Shown here in pieces: positions 8,661 through 18,837 of a stretch of 64,000 bases of DNA. The notes beneath the pieces were generated by a model that searched no databases, was not told the DNA's origin, and saw only the letters and a list, made by a program, of their open reading frames with translations. The stretch is taken from positions 12,929 through 76,928 of the forward strand of contig JAAOZI010000015.1 in assembly GCA_011605865.1 (NCBI GenBank), in the 5' to 3' direction. This DNA comes from Archaeoglobales archaeon (GTDB taxonomy: Archaea > Halobacteriota > Archaeoglobi > Archaeoglobales > Archaeoglobaceae). How positions within the stretch are numbered: the stretch's first letter is position 1; each line of letters starts with the position of its first letter. The position numbers were made by a program, and so were the translations under genes.

Positions 8661-9409
8661 CACCAAAGGAGCTTTCAGTCGTTATAGAGCGCTACATCCG
8701 ACCCCAAACCTTTCCGCTTTCTTTTAAATTCGGCGACGATCAAAGAGCGAGAAAGCTCAAAGACTTAACTATTTGCCAAATATACAACATGGCTAGAAGA
8801 TACGGCTGGTTTTTAAAGTTCGACGTCGAAACAACTTGTCCACTAGGAATCATAGCCTATGGCTTTGCTGAACCGGATGAGCTCTACAAATCGGGAAAAC
8901 TTGCATACGAAGCGGGGTATGCGGTAAACGAGGAAATAGGAAAGAAATTCGAAGAGGTTGTTCCAAAAATAAGAGGATACAAATCTTGCCTAGTGGCACC
9001 ATTGGAAAGAGAAGATTTTATACCAAAACCGGACTTTGTCGTTGTCTACGCAACCCCAGCACAAGTCCTCCGCTTTGTCCACGCTTATCTCTACAATAAG
9101 GGAGGTAAAGTGGATACTTCTATTCTCGGCAGAGGAGCATGTGCCGAGTTTCTAGAGGCTTTTATTTACAAAAAGCTAAAGATACTCATTCCATGCTACG
9201 GCGACAGACTATTTGGTCTAACCCAAGATCACGAAATGGCTGTAGCTTTTCCTTTCGAGATGGCTGAAGAAATTGCAAAAGGGCTAGAGGAAACGCATAA
9301 GAGAGGGATAAGATATCCGATTCCCAATACAGCTCTAAGAGTGCCGTTACCTATGATAGAGAGCTACAGGAAATCAGTTGAAAGCATGCGTAAGTCTAGC
9401 GAGAGCTAG
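8657..9409 (+). CDS. DUF169 (COG2043) family protein
   Basis: 250 aa. The overall pattern is typical of DUF169 (conserved Cys/Gly positions CPLG..., ...GRGACAEF...). Confidence 0.6.
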   Translation: MTPKELSVVIERYIRPQTFPLSFKFGDDQRARKLKDLTICQIYNMARRYGWFLKFDVETTCPLGIIAYGFAEPDELYKSGKLAYEAGYAVNEEIGKKFEEVVPKIRGYKSCLVAPLEREDFIPKPDFVVVYATPAQVLRFVHAYLYNKGGKVDTSILGRGACAEFLEAFIYKKLKILIPCYGDRLFGLTQDHEMAVAFPFEMAEEIAKGLEETHKRGIRYPIPNTALRVPLPMIESYRKSVESMRKSSES

Positions 9410-10824
9410 TGCTGCCCTTTCAATAGAATCAAAAAGAATACAGTCCGCCATCGTTCTTTTCTTCCTCTCAAAATCTTCTCTATCTGAAATGTACACAACG
9501 ATCTCATTTCTGAAGAGACTTTTCATAACATCTTCGGGCACAACCCACGCCGGAGGGGCTAGTGCATAGCAGAATACCACAGCATCTACATTCTCATCCT
9601 TTTTAAGTATCTCGAGAATTGTTTTGAGTCTTAAGAAGTCGAGCCCGCTAAAAGATAAATCTACGGGATTCTCTCTGAGAGTTAACGGAGGGAGCAACTC
9701 TCTCAGCTTCTGTATCGTTTTGCTACTCAATTTTGCAAGCTTTCCTCCGTTGCTTTCAAGAAGATCTGCAAAAACAATTCCAAGTCCGGCTTGAATTGTT
9801 GCAACTGCCACACTTCGAAGTGCCCCGAATCTCTCGAGCAGGATTGCTACGTCTATCAGTTCTGTTGGTGTTTCGACAGCTATGGCACCTGCCTGTATTA
9901 TCGCGGATTTGAAAATCCTGCGGAAATTATTAATACCTCTTTTGCCTTTCCAATTAGGGATTCAACGGTCTCGACCACTTTTTCAGCGGGCAGCGCGATT
10001 ACAGCAAGATCCACTTCAGGTAACTCCGTTAAGGACTTGAAAACCTTAATTCCATCTATTTCGTCCAGATTCGGATTTACTGGGTATATTTCAATATTTC
10101 TATTCATCCTCAGACTTTGAATGACTGCATAGCCAACCTTCAGCGGCTTATCGCTTGCGCCGATGACTGCTATCTTTTTTGGATTTAGTATAGGGATCTT
10201 TCTTACCCTTTTAAAGGACTTCTTTTCTCCGAGAAATATCTTTGCATCCGCAACGATGCATCCCTTTTCGTACACAAAAACAGGATTCAAATCCATTTCC
10301 AGTATATTTTCTCTTTCAGCAATTTCGCTAAGCTTCAAAGCGAGCTCTATTACCGCTTCTCTGTCAAATGCTCTCCCACGATATTCAAAGATATTTGGAA
10401 CTTCTCTAAGCATGTCTTCAACGTCTTTTCTTGAGACTGGAATTAAACGAACGCTGTAAGTTTTTAAAGCTTCTATAAAAAATCCTCCTAAACCGAGGGC
10501 CAAAAATGGTCCAAATTGTTCGTTCTGCGAAACGCCCAAAAATATCTCGATAACTCCCTCGAGTTTTCTCTGAACGTTTACACCCTCAGCAAAGTCAATT
10601 GCCATGAGTTCCCGGAAGTTTTTTACTGCCTCTTTTTCGTCGTTAACAAATCTTACTCCCCCAACATCGCTCTTGTGTGGTATTCTTCGAAAAGCGATCT
10701 TCAAAACAGCAGGAAAACCGGTTATTTTCAAAGCTTCGAGCAAATCTTCTTCTTTCTTTACAAAAAAGCATTTTGCAGTCTTTATACCGTATTTCTCAAG
10801 AAATTCCTTGGCTTCATGCTCCAT
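9374..10824 (-). pseudogene. ADP-forming acyl-CoA synthetase (ACD)-like gene, domain-permuted, frameshifted and lacking the phosphohistidine domain
   Basis: An ATP-grasp (EAKEFLEKYGI...) plus CoA-binding domain (KIAVIGAS...ISAGF) stops at 9898-9900. The C-terminal ACD domain continues in another frame (IIQAGAIAVETPTELIDV...ENPVDLSFSG). No segment equivalent to the His-bearing ligase-CoA domain is present. Confidence 0.6.
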
Positions 10825-10831
10825 TAAAAAA

Positions 10832-12484
10832 TTAGAAAATTTCTGGTGCTCTGTATTCTCCAAAAACTTCTCTAAGCGCATCAGCTATTTCACCCAGCGT
10901 CGCCTTTGATCTGACACATTCAAAAACAAAGGGCATAAGATTAGCATCGGTTTCGGCTGCTTTTTTCAGCTTTTCAAGAGATCTTTCGACTTCTCTTTTA
11001 TCCCTGTTCTCCTTAAACCTCTTTACTCTTGCAACCTGTTTTTCAACAACTTCTTTAGGAACTCTTAACAGTTCCATGTGGATTTCTTCCTCGATCTGAT
11101 ATTTGTTTACTCCAACAACTACGAGTTCGCCGCTTTCTATTGCTTTCTGCTTCTCATAAGCGGATTTCTGAATTTCCCTTTGAACATAACCGCTCTCTAT
11201 TGCCTTGATCATTCCCCCCATCTCATCAATCTTCTCTATGTATTTCATCGCCTCTTCCTCGATTTTGTCTGTAAGCCATTCTACATAATAGCTTCCTCCG
11301 AGCGGATCTATGACGTCAGCTACTCCGAGTTCTTCAGCGATTATTTGCTGAGTTCTGAGCGCAATTCTCACCGCTTTCTCAGTCGGAAGGCAAAGGGCTT
11401 CATCAAAGCTGTTGGTGTGTAGCGACTGGCAACCTCCGAGAACTGCTGCTAAAGCCTGCATCGCAACTCGAATTATGTTAAGCTCAGGTTGCTGAGCAGT
11501 TAAAGTGCAGCCGGCAGTCTGAACATGAAATCGAAGCATCATCGATTGAGGCTTTTTTGCATTGAACCTTTCCTTCATTATTCTTGCCCACAAACGCCTT
11601 GCTGCCCTGAACTTCGCCACTTCCTCGAATAAATTGTTTCCCGCAGAGAAGAAAAAGCTCAGTTGAGGTGCAAAGTCGTCAACGTTTATACCTCTTTCCA
11701 GAACTTTTTCAACATAAGTTATCCCATCTGCTAGCGTAAAAGCAACCTCCTGTACAGGGGTTGCACCGGCTTCCTCCATGTGGTAACCGGAGATGCTTAT
11801 CGAATTCCAATTTGGCATTTCTTTTGCACAGAAGACAATTATGTCTGTTGCCAGCCTCAAAGATGGCTCCGGTGGATATATGTAAGTCCCTCTCGCGATG
11901 TACTCTTTTAGCATATCGTTTTGCACAGTTCCCCGGAGTTCAGCTATATTAGCTCCTTGGGATTCCGCAACCAAAGCGTACATTGCTAGTATCTGGGCAC
12001 AGGTTGAGTTTATTGTCATTGAAGTCGAAACTTTTGCCAAGGGTATTCCATCGAAAAGTGTTTGCATGTCTTCAATCGTTGAAATCGCCACCCCCACTTT
12101 TCCAACTTCCCCTAAGGCCATGGGATGATCGCTGTCGTAGCCAATTTGTGTTGGTAAATCAAACGCAACGCTCAAACCAGTCTGCCCCTGAGAGAGAAGG
12201 AATTTGTATCTCTTGTTTGTCTCTTCAGCGGTTCCGAAGCCTGCATACTGTCTCATTGTCCAAATTCTCCCACGGTACATTGTCGGGTATATTCCTCTAG
12301 TGAAAGGATAAACACCGGGATATCCTAGTTTCTTCTCGTAGTTTGGATCTACCACGCCAACGTCCTCTGGTGTATAGAGTCTATCAACTACGAATCCAGA
12401 ACTGACCTTAAATTCCCTCTTTCTTTCCGGAGCTTTTTTTATGAAAGAACCAACAACCTTTTCCTCCCACTCTTTCTTATTCAT
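10832..12484 (-). CDS. Methylmalonyl-CoA mutase, catalytic (large) subunit
   Basis: 550 aa with hallmark stretches [36 protein letters not shown] and [11 protein letters not shown]. Confidence 0.93.
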   Translation of the reverse strand: MNKKEWEEKVVGSFIKKAPERKREFKVSSGFVVDRLYTPEDVGVVDPNYEKKLGYPGVYPFTRGIYPTMYRGRIWTMRQYAGFGTAEETNKRYKFLLSQGQTGLSVAFDLPTQIGYDSDHPMALGEVGKVGVAISTIEDMQTLFDGIPLAKVSTSMTINSTCAQILAMYALVAESQGANIAELRGTVQNDMLKEYIARGTYIYPPEPSLRLATDIIVFCAKEMPNWNSISISGYHMEEAGATPVQEVAFTLADGITYVEKVLERGINVDDFAPQLSFFFSAGNNLFEEVAKFRAARRLWARIMKERFNAKKPQSMMLRFHVQTAGCTLTAQQPELNIIRVAMQALAAVLGGCQSLHTNSFDEALCLPTEKAVRIALRTQQIIAEELGVADVIDPLGGSYYVEWLTDKIEEEAMKYIEKIDEMGGMIKAIESGYVQREIQKSAYEKQKAIESGELVVVGVNKYQIEEEIHMELLRVPKEVVEKQVARVKRFKENRDKREVERSLEKLKKAAETDANLMPFVFECVRSKATLGEIADALREVFGEYRAPEIF

Positions 12485-12490
12485 AATATC

Positions 12491-12904
12491 TCACCCCAAT
12501 CTAATTAGGGGAGTATCTTTCACAACTTTATCTCCAACTTTAACAAAAATCTCAACAACTTTTCCGCCGACAGTTGCTTTTATCGGATTTTCCATTTTCA
12601 TGGCCTCAATCACGGCAACGGTATCCCCCTCTTTTATTTCATCCCCAACTTTTACGAGTATCTTAGTCACCATTCCATTCATCGGCGATTTTATGACTTT
12701 ACCCTCAATCTTTTCGACTTTTTCTATTTTCTCAACTCTCTCATTTCTTTCCCTTCTTTCAGCAACTTCTACCTTCACTTCGATTTTTGGTTTGACTTCG
12801 ATCAGAGCTGTTTTCCCGTTTATCTTTACTTGGAATAAGTTTGCTCCAACTTCCTCGACTTCAACTTCATAAACTCTTCCGCCGAATTCAGCTCTGTAGA
12901 TCAC
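12491..12904 (-). CDS. Biotin carboxyl carrier protein (biotinyl domain)
   Basis: C-terminal biotinyl domain with the EAMKMEN attachment motif. GTG start. Confidence 0.85.
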   Translation of the reverse strand: MIYRAEFGGRVYEVEVEEVGANLFQVKINGKTALIEVKPKIEVKVEVAERRERNERVEKIEKVEKIEGKVIKSPMNGMVTKILVKVGDEIKEGDTVAVIEAMKMENPIKATVGGKVVEIFVKVGDKVVKDTPLIRLG

Positions 12905-13026
12905 AATATCACCCTTCCAGAGAGTTTCCAGACTTTAGGAACCTCTTTTATCTCAATTGGCTTCTCTTTCTCTCTCAGATATTTGTGTATGCATGCTACA
13001 GCAACGATAAATTCATCCGGCATCAT
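12901..13026 (-). CDS. 41-aa ORF, OadG / ACC-epsilon-like small subunit candidate
   Basis: Own translation: MMPDEFIVAVACIHKYLREKEKPIEIKEVPKVWKLSGRVIL. It sits between the carboxyltransferase and BCCP genes, and its stop overlaps the BCCP GTG (GTGA). It falls below the ORF-track length cut-off. Confidence 0.4.
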   Translation of the reverse strand: MMPDEFIVAVACIHKYLREKEKPIEIKEVPKVWKLSGRVIL

Positions 13027-13031
13027 ATTGA

Positions 13032-14576
13032 TCACAGAGGAATGTTACCATGCTTTTTAGGCGGCAACTTCTCTCTTTTGCTCTCGAGAATTCTAAGGGC
13101 AGAAATTATTTTGATCCTAGTTAGCTTAGGATCTATTACATCGTCGATGTATCCGCGGGCCGCTGCTCTGTATGGGTTTGCAAATTTTTCCCTATATTCC
13201 TTTATTTTAGCCTCTCTCATAGCTTTTGGATCAGCTGCACTGGAAATTTCTTTTCTGAAAACTATTTCTGCAGCACCTTCCGGTCCCATTACAGCTATTT
13301 CTGCAACAGGATACGCAAAAACGATGTCGGCCCCAAGGTGCTTGCTACCCATTGCAAGATACGCTCCACCGTAAGCCTTTCTTACTATTATAGTTACCAT
13401 TGGAACTGTTGCCTCGCTGTAGGCGAAGAGAACTTTTGCTCCGTGCCTTATTATACCCCCATATTCCTGCTCAACTCCTGGAAGATAGCCCGGAACATCT
13501 ACAAACGTAATTATTGGAATGTTGAAGCAGTCGCAAAATCTGACAAACCTTGCAATCTTGTCGCTGCTATCAACATCCAAACATCCGGCCAAGTGCGCGG
13601 GATTATTGGCTACTATTCCTACTGTTTTTCCATCAATCCTTGCAAAGCCGACTATCGCATTTGGAGCGAAATATTTGTGAATTTCAAAGAATTCATTCTC
13701 ATCAACAACTGCATTTATCACTGCATGCATGTCATAGGGCTTCTGCGGATCTTCTGGGATCACTTCATAGATTTCTGGTGTTAAACGAGAGGGGCTGTCA
13801 TTCGTTTTAACGGTTGGAGGATCCTCCATGTTGTTCAGCGGCAAGTAGCTCAGAAGTTTTCTCACCAATCTCATCGCATCCTCATCGTTCTCAGCCACAA
13901 GATGGCAATTTCCGCTTTTCATTGCGTGGGCTTTCCATCCTCCTAGCTCAAACGCCGTGACGTCTTCACCGGTCACGGCTTTAACAACGGCTGGACCTGT
14001 TATAAACATGTAGCAGTTCTGATTTTTCGTCATGACGATGAAATCGCCGATAGCAGGGCTGTAGACAGCTCCTCCGGCGCATGGGCCTAGAATTACGCTT
14101 ATCTGGGGTATTACTCCGCTTGCTAGCGTGTTTCGGTAGAATATATCTCCATAACCTTTAAGAGCGTCGACGCCTTCCTGGATTCTCGCACCACCGCTGT
14201 CGTTTAATCCAACCACTGGAATTCCAACCTTCATAGCGAAGTCTAGGAGATAAGCTATCTTGAACCCATGCATCTCCCCGAGACTTCCTCCCATAACTGT
14301 AAAATCTTGGGCAAATACTGCTACTGGTCTCCCGTCAACAGTTCCGTAACCAGTTATTACACCATCTGCAGGTAAATCCATCTTGTCCAAACCAAAATCC
14401 GTATTTCTTTTTTCAACAAACGGATTCAATTCTACAAAGCTTCCTGGATCAAGAAGGAGATCTATCCTTTCTCTCGCCGTTAGCTTTCCCTGTTCATGCT
14501 GTTTTGCAATCCTTTCGTCACCGCCCATCTTTAAAATTTTTTCCCTCCTTTTGTATAGATCCTTCAGCGCCTCCAT
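13032..14576 (-). CDS. Methylmalonyl-CoA / propionyl-CoA carboxyltransferase (PccB/MmdA family)
   Basis: 514 aa with two crotonase-fold CT halves. Typical stretches are [32 protein letters not shown] and [11 protein letters not shown]. Confidence 0.92.
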   Translation of the reverse strand: MEALKDLYKRREKILKMGGDERIAKQHEQGKLTARERIDLLLDPGSFVELNPFVEKRNTDFGLDKMDLPADGVITGYGTVDGRPVAVFAQDFTVMGGSLGEMHGFKIAYLLDFAMKVGIPVVGLNDSGGARIQEGVDALKGYGDIFYRNTLASGVIPQISVILGPCAGGAVYSPAIGDFIVMTKNQNCYMFITGPAVVKAVTGEDVTAFELGGWKAHAMKSGNCHLVAENDEDAMRLVRKLLSYLPLNNMEDPPTVKTNDSPSRLTPEIYEVIPEDPQKPYDMHAVINAVVDENEFFEIHKYFAPNAIVGFARIDGKTVGIVANNPAHLAGCLDVDSSDKIARFVRFCDCFNIPIITFVDVPGYLPGVEQEYGGIIRHGAKVLFAYSEATVPMVTIIVRKAYGGAYLAMGSKHLGADIVFAYPVAEIAVMGPEGAAEIVFRKEISSAADPKAMREAKIKEYREKFANPYRAAARGYIDDVIDPKLTRIKIISALRILESKREKLPPKKHGNIPL

Positions 14577-14577
14577 A

Positions 14578-14976
14578 TTAACCCTCTACGAATTCCAAAA
14601 GGACACCATGCACGCTTTTCGGATGTAGAAATGCAACCTTTTTTCCACCAGCCCCTATTCTGGGTTTCTCATCTATCAGTTTTATGCCAGCCTTTCTTGC
14701 ATTTTCAAGTGACCTCTCTATGTTTTCCACGTTTATAGCTATGTGATGGATCCCCTCCCCTCGATTGGCTATGAATTTCGCTATTGCAGAATCTTCAGCC
14801 ATTGCTTCCAGCAGTTCTATTCTGCTCTCTCCCACTGGAAGCATCGCAACTTTCACTTTCTGTTCTTTTACTTCTTCTATTTCCTTAACTTTAAGACCCA
14901 GGGACTCGAAAGTTTTAACGGCTTCCTCCAAATTCTTAACCGCAATTCCAATATGGTCTATCTTCAATGTCATCAC
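14578..14976 (-). CDS. Methylmalonyl-CoA epimerase (VOC/glyoxalase fold)
   Basis: 132 aa with [16 protein letters not shown] and [17 protein letters not shown]. Confidence 0.88.
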   Translation of the reverse strand: MMTLKIDHIGIAVKNLEEAVKTFESLGLKVKEIEEVKEQKVKVAMLPVGESRIELLEAMAEDSAIAKFIANRGEGIHHIAINVENIERSLENARKAGIKLIDEKPRIGAGGKKVAFLHPKSVHGVLLEFVEG

Positions 14977-15392
14977 CTCTTCAGTTTTTCTACTTCTTTT
15001 TTTATGAATTCTACTATATCACTAATCTTGGTCCCGGGTGTAAAGATACCCGAGACTCCGAGACTCATCAGAACCTTTGCATCGTCTGGGGGGATTATTC
15101 CCCCCACAAGGACGATGAGATCTTTTCCGGGTTCAAGTCCCCTCTTCTTTAACTCTTCAATAACAAGGGGTATCAATTCCATGTGGGCACCGCTTAAAAT
15201 GCTCAATCCCAAAACCTGAACATCTTCCTGCAAAGCAGTTTCCGCTATTTCAGCCGGGGTTCTTCTTATTCCCGTATATATAACTTCAAATCCTGCATCT
15301 CTCAAACCGCGGGCAACTACCTTTGCTCCCCTATCATGGCCATCGAGTCCGGGTTTTGCGACTAAAACCCTTATCTTCATAGTTTCCAGCAT
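14973..15392 (-). CDS. Methylmalonyl-CoA mutase, B12-binding small subunit
   Basis: The DxHxxG cobalamin motif lies in [15 protein letters not shown], within a Rossmann-like B12-binding domain. Confidence 0.92.
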   Translation of the reverse strand: MLETMKIRVLVAKPGLDGHDRGAKVVARGLRDAGFEVIYTGIRRTPAEIAETALQEDVQVLGLSILSGAHMELIPLVIEELKKRGLEPGKDLIVLVGGIIPPDDAKVLMSLGVSGIFTPGTKISDIVEFIKKEVEKLKR

Positions 15393-15422
15393 GAAATCAC
15401 CTCAAGAAAAGTTTAAAAAAAT

Positions 15423-16826
15423 TTAGCTTTTTATATCTAGCAAATCACATACTGCCTTCTCTCTTTTTGCCAAATCTGCTAGGAACTGCAGAAAAACGAG
15501 CGAGGCGCTGGGTGATCCGCCACCATGAAAAGCTCCGACCAAATGAGAACTCATAGCCCAAAATTCAATAAATTTTATTATTTTCATTCTATCTTCAGGG
15601 GAAATTTTTTCGCTTCCCCGCATCAGTTCTTTTATTTCTTCCCCTATCTCTCCTCTAAGATCGAACTCTGAAGGCGCAGTAGCAGGAATTCCACCGGCAA
15701 TGTCTATGAGATTTGCAAGAGATTTCATGAACCCTTCCACCCCCATTACTTTCGCCGAGTTTGCTACTTCTCTATTTGGCTGCCAGGTTTCAGCAATCCT
15801 ATATCCTTTCACAGCTCCCCCCACTGCTATTGCGTGCGCAGACTCGCTAAAGGCTACCATTTCCGCGAGTTTTTGCCTTAATTGTGAGACGTTTTCAAGT
15901 CCGTTCGCTTTCAGCATCATGCTCGCAGCACCGGCCATAGAATCCATGAATCCAGCTTTACAGGATGCTCCAACACAACGATGAGAGCAGGCAAAGAGAG
16001 TTAGCAGATCCCTTGTGGCTTTCAAATCTTCAAAAACAAATACTCTATCCCAAGGAATGAAAGTTTCTTTGAAAATGATCATACAGGTTGTTCTATCTCC
16101 GAACTTCGGATTCCCCATTTCGAAGCTTCCTCCTTCTCTAAACTTAGCCTGCACTCCTGTATTCTGCAGAACGTATTTTACATCGTCTTCCGGGAGAGAA
16201 GCGAAAGCGACCGCAAATTTTTCTTCTCCTTCCTTAAAAGTCTGCGTTGGCAGGACAAAGTTTACATCAGCTGCAAAAGCGCCGCTTTGATGGATTTTTG
16301 CGCCGCTGACATAAATGCCCTTGCTATCTTTTTTGACAACTCTAACGTACATTTCCTCCTGTTGCAACGGTCTTTTGCTTCTATCTCCCTTCACATCCGT
16401 TAAGGCGGATGTGCACGCAAAGTCATTTTTCTGTATTTCTTTCAAAAGATTGAGAAATCTTTTGTGATAGTCGCTACCGCTTTTTTCGTCAACAATCTTA
16501 GTAATCGGATATAGAGAATTTATTGCATCACAGCCAGTACATCGGTAATTGCAAGTTGCAAGTCTCAGGCTGAGCTCTCTCTGGTAGTCGTATCTCTTTA
16601 TCAGATCGTCAGCACTTCTGATTACTGCATTCAGCACATTGACTTTTTCGTTAATAAGATCCGAGAAAACTGCATAGTTGCCTGCAAGCTCGTATGTTTT
16701 TGCTATCGCATTTATCACCGGTTTTATATTCGGATGCTCTGTCCAATTTTCAATCCTTTTACCCGCAACATATATAACCCTTTTATATTCCTTCAATCTC
16801 TTAACGTATTCATCACCACTTATCAT
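15423..16826 (-). CDS. 4-hydroxybutyryl-CoA dehydratase / vinylacetyl-CoA isomerase family (paralog 1)
   Basis: 467 aa. Putative [4Fe-4S] ligand pattern CNYRC plus HRCVGASC (C-x3-C ... H-x6-C), as in the AbfD family. Confidence 0.8.
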   Translation of the reverse strand: MISGDEYVKRLKEYKRVIYVAGKRIENWTEHPNIKPVINAIAKTYELAGNYAVFSDLINEKVNVLNAVIRSADDLIKRYDYQRELSLRLATCNYRCTGCDAINSLYPITKIVDEKSGSDYHKRFLNLLKEIQKNDFACTSALTDVKGDRSKRPLQQEEMYVRVVKKDSKGIYVSGAKIHQSGAFAADVNFVLPTQTFKEGEEKFAVAFASLPEDDVKYVLQNTGVQAKFREGGSFEMGNPKFGDRTTCMIIFKETFIPWDRVFVFEDLKATRDLLTLFACSHRCVGASCKAGFMDSMAGAASMMLKANGLENVSQLRQKLAEMVAFSESAHAIAVGGAVKGYRIAETWQPNREVANSAKVMGVEGFMKSLANLIDIAGGIPATAPSEFDLRGEIGEEIKELMRGSEKISPEDRMKIIKFIEFWAMSSHLVGAFHGGGSPSASLVFLQFLADLAKREKAVCDLLDIKS

Positions 16827-17591
16827 TTACTCACCCCAAACAGGTTTTCTCTTTTCAAGAAATGCCTTAATTCCTTCTTTGGCGAATCTTGAAGCAGAAT
16901 GCAACGCAATGGCTTCTGTGGCAAAACTCAGCGCAGAAAAGTCCTCCATGAATATCTGGCCATAGAAGAAGCGCTTGCCCGATTCAAGAACCTCGAGCGG
17001 GAATTTAGCAATCTTCTTCGCAAATTCTTCCGTTTCCTTCTCCAGTTCCTCATCTTTCACCACCTTGTTAACCAAGCCTATTCTTAGCGCCTCCTCAGCG
17101 CTGATAGGTTCCCCAAGAATTCCAAGCTCAAATGCTTTCTTTCTACTGACATTTCTGCTCACAAAAACGATTGGCGTAAAACAGAATAACCCTATGTTTA
17201 CACCCGGGGTCGCGAATCGAGCATTTTCTGAAGCTATTGCCAGATCACAGGCCGCAACTAACTGACAACCTGCAGCATACGCTACCCCGCGGACCATTGC
17301 GATAAAAGGCTGAGGGGCGCTTCTTATCGCATGCATGACTTTAAAACATTGCAAAAAAAGCTTCTCGACTTCTATCGGTCCCCCTTCGTAGATTTCTCTC
17401 AGATCATGACCAGCCGAGAAGTTTTTTCCAGCCCCAGTTAAAATAACTGCCCTAACTTTCCTTTCTTCAGCCAAATTTTTTATTATCTTTTCTAAGTCGC
17501 AAAGCGTTTCATAGGATAACGGGTTCACTTTTTCCGGATTGTTGAGGGTTATTTTGCCCACTCTCTCTTTTTCTTCGTATAAAACTCTCAT
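16827..17591 (-). CDS. Enoyl-CoA hydratase/isomerase (crotonase fold)
   Basis: 254 aa with TGAGKNFSAGHDL and AMVRGVAYAAGCQL oxyanion-hole type segments. Confidence 0.88.
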   Translation of the reverse strand: MRVLYEEKERVGKITLNNPEKVNPLSYETLCDLEKIIKNLAEERKVRAVILTGAGKNFSAGHDLREIYEGGPIEVEKLFLQCFKVMHAIRSAPQPFIAMVRGVAYAAGCQLVAACDLAIASENARFATPGVNIGLFCFTPIVFVSRNVSRKKAFELGILGEPISAEEALRIGLVNKVVKDEELEKETEEFAKKIAKFPLEVLESGKRFFYGQIFMEDFSALSFATEAIALHSASRFAKEGIKAFLEKRKPVWGE

Positions 17592-17654
17592 TAAATACTA
17601 ATTTTCAGTACTACAATAAAAAGTTTTTTGAATTGAACAATAAAAAAACAAAAA

Positions 17655-17665
17655 ACTTAAATAGG
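17655..17665 (+). promoter_or_regulatory. TATA-box-like element upstream of the thiolase-like operon
   Basis: acttaaatagg lies about 35 nt upstream of the ATG at 17695. A GGTGA SD-like sequence is at 17686-17690. Confidence 0.3.
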
Positions 17666-17694
17666 AATTCTTAAAAAAAGACTTCGGTGATTTA

Positions 17695-18834
17695 ATGCCT
17701 GCAATAGTTGGGGTTGGTTACAGCGGTTTTAATGCAAATACACCAGATCTGAGTTGGAAAGAGATCATGTATGAAGCAGCAGTAAGAGCCTACGAAGATG
17801 CCGGAATAGATCCGAGAAAAGACGTTGACAGTTTTATAACATGTGCTGAGGACTTCTACGAAGGTTTTGCAATCTTTGACGAATTTGTTCCAGATCAACT
17901 CGGAGCAGTGCTGAAGCCAACATGTACAGTCTGTGCCGACTTTCTTTACGGTTTAGCAACTGCCTATATGCAAATTGAAAGCGGATTGGCAGAGATAGCC
18001 GTGGTCGAAGCCCACAGCAAAGCAAGCGATATAAAGACTTTTGGTGAAGTTATAAGACATGCAATGGATCCGATTTGGCTGAAAGGAGTTACTAATGCCC
18101 ATCCTTATTACCTCGCAGCTCTTGAAATGAGTTACTACATGAACAAATACTGTATAACTCAGGAGGCAATAGCTGAAGTTGTTGTGAAAAATAAAAGAAA
18201 TGCCTTGCTAAACGACTCAGCCCCCTATGGAGCGAAGTTAACTGTTGAATACGCCCTAAAAAGCCCGTTTGTATTTTATCCAATGAGAAAAATAGAGATA
18301 GCTGAAAGGGCAGATGGAGCAATCGTTTTTGTTGTTGCAAGCGATGAAATGGCTAGGAAAATCACAGACTCACCAGTATGGATAAAAGGCGTGGGCTGGT
18401 GGAGCGAAACGAGCAACTACGACATCATGAGTTTCGAAGCTCGTTATGCTTACAAATCTGCAAAGATGGCATATAGAATGGCAGGAATCGAGAACCCGAG
18501 TAAGGAAATCGATATAGCTGAAATTGACGACAGATTTGCCTTCAAAGAAATTCAGCACATTGTTGCGCTCCAGCTTGCTGGAAAATATGACGTCTGCGAT
18601 CTTATGAGTGAAGGTTACTTTGCAAGAAACGGTTCATTGCCCGTTAACGTTTCTGGAGGAAATCTTGGAGTAGGAAACCTGCTGGAAGCTACTGGAGGAC
18701 AGAAGGCCCTGGAGATAGTAATACAGCTCCGTGGCGAGGCTGGCAGAAGACAAGTGGATTGCGAAATCGGTGTTGCGCAAGCTTGGAGATATATTCCGAC
18801 GGCAAGTGGGGCTGTTGCTGTATTTGGGGTGTGA
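17695..18834 (+). CDS. Thiolase-fold protein, SCP-x-like, non-canonical active site (subunit 1)
   Basis: 379 aa. The nucleophile-position Cys is present (TVCAD). The GHP His box reads GVGNLL and the second His box reads AQAW. Confidence 0.75.
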   Translation: MPAIVGVGYSGFNANTPDLSWKEIMYEAAVRAYEDAGIDPRKDVDSFITCAEDFYEGFAIFDEFVPDQLGAVLKPTCTVCADFLYGLATAYMQIESGLAEIAVVEAHSKASDIKTFGEVIRHAMDPIWLKGVTNAHPYYLAALEMSYYMNKYCITQEAIAEVVVKNKRNALLNDSAPYGAKLTVEYALKSPFVFYPMRKIEIAERADGAIVFVVASDEMARKITDSPVWIKGVGWWSETSNYDIMSFEARYAYKSAKMAYRMAGIENPSKEIDIAEIDDRFAFKEIQHIVALQLAGKYDVCDLMSEGYFARNGSLPVNVSGGNLGVGNLLEATGGQKALEIVIQLRGEAGRRQVDCEIGVAQAWRYIPTASGAVAVFGV

Positions 18835-18837
18835 AAT

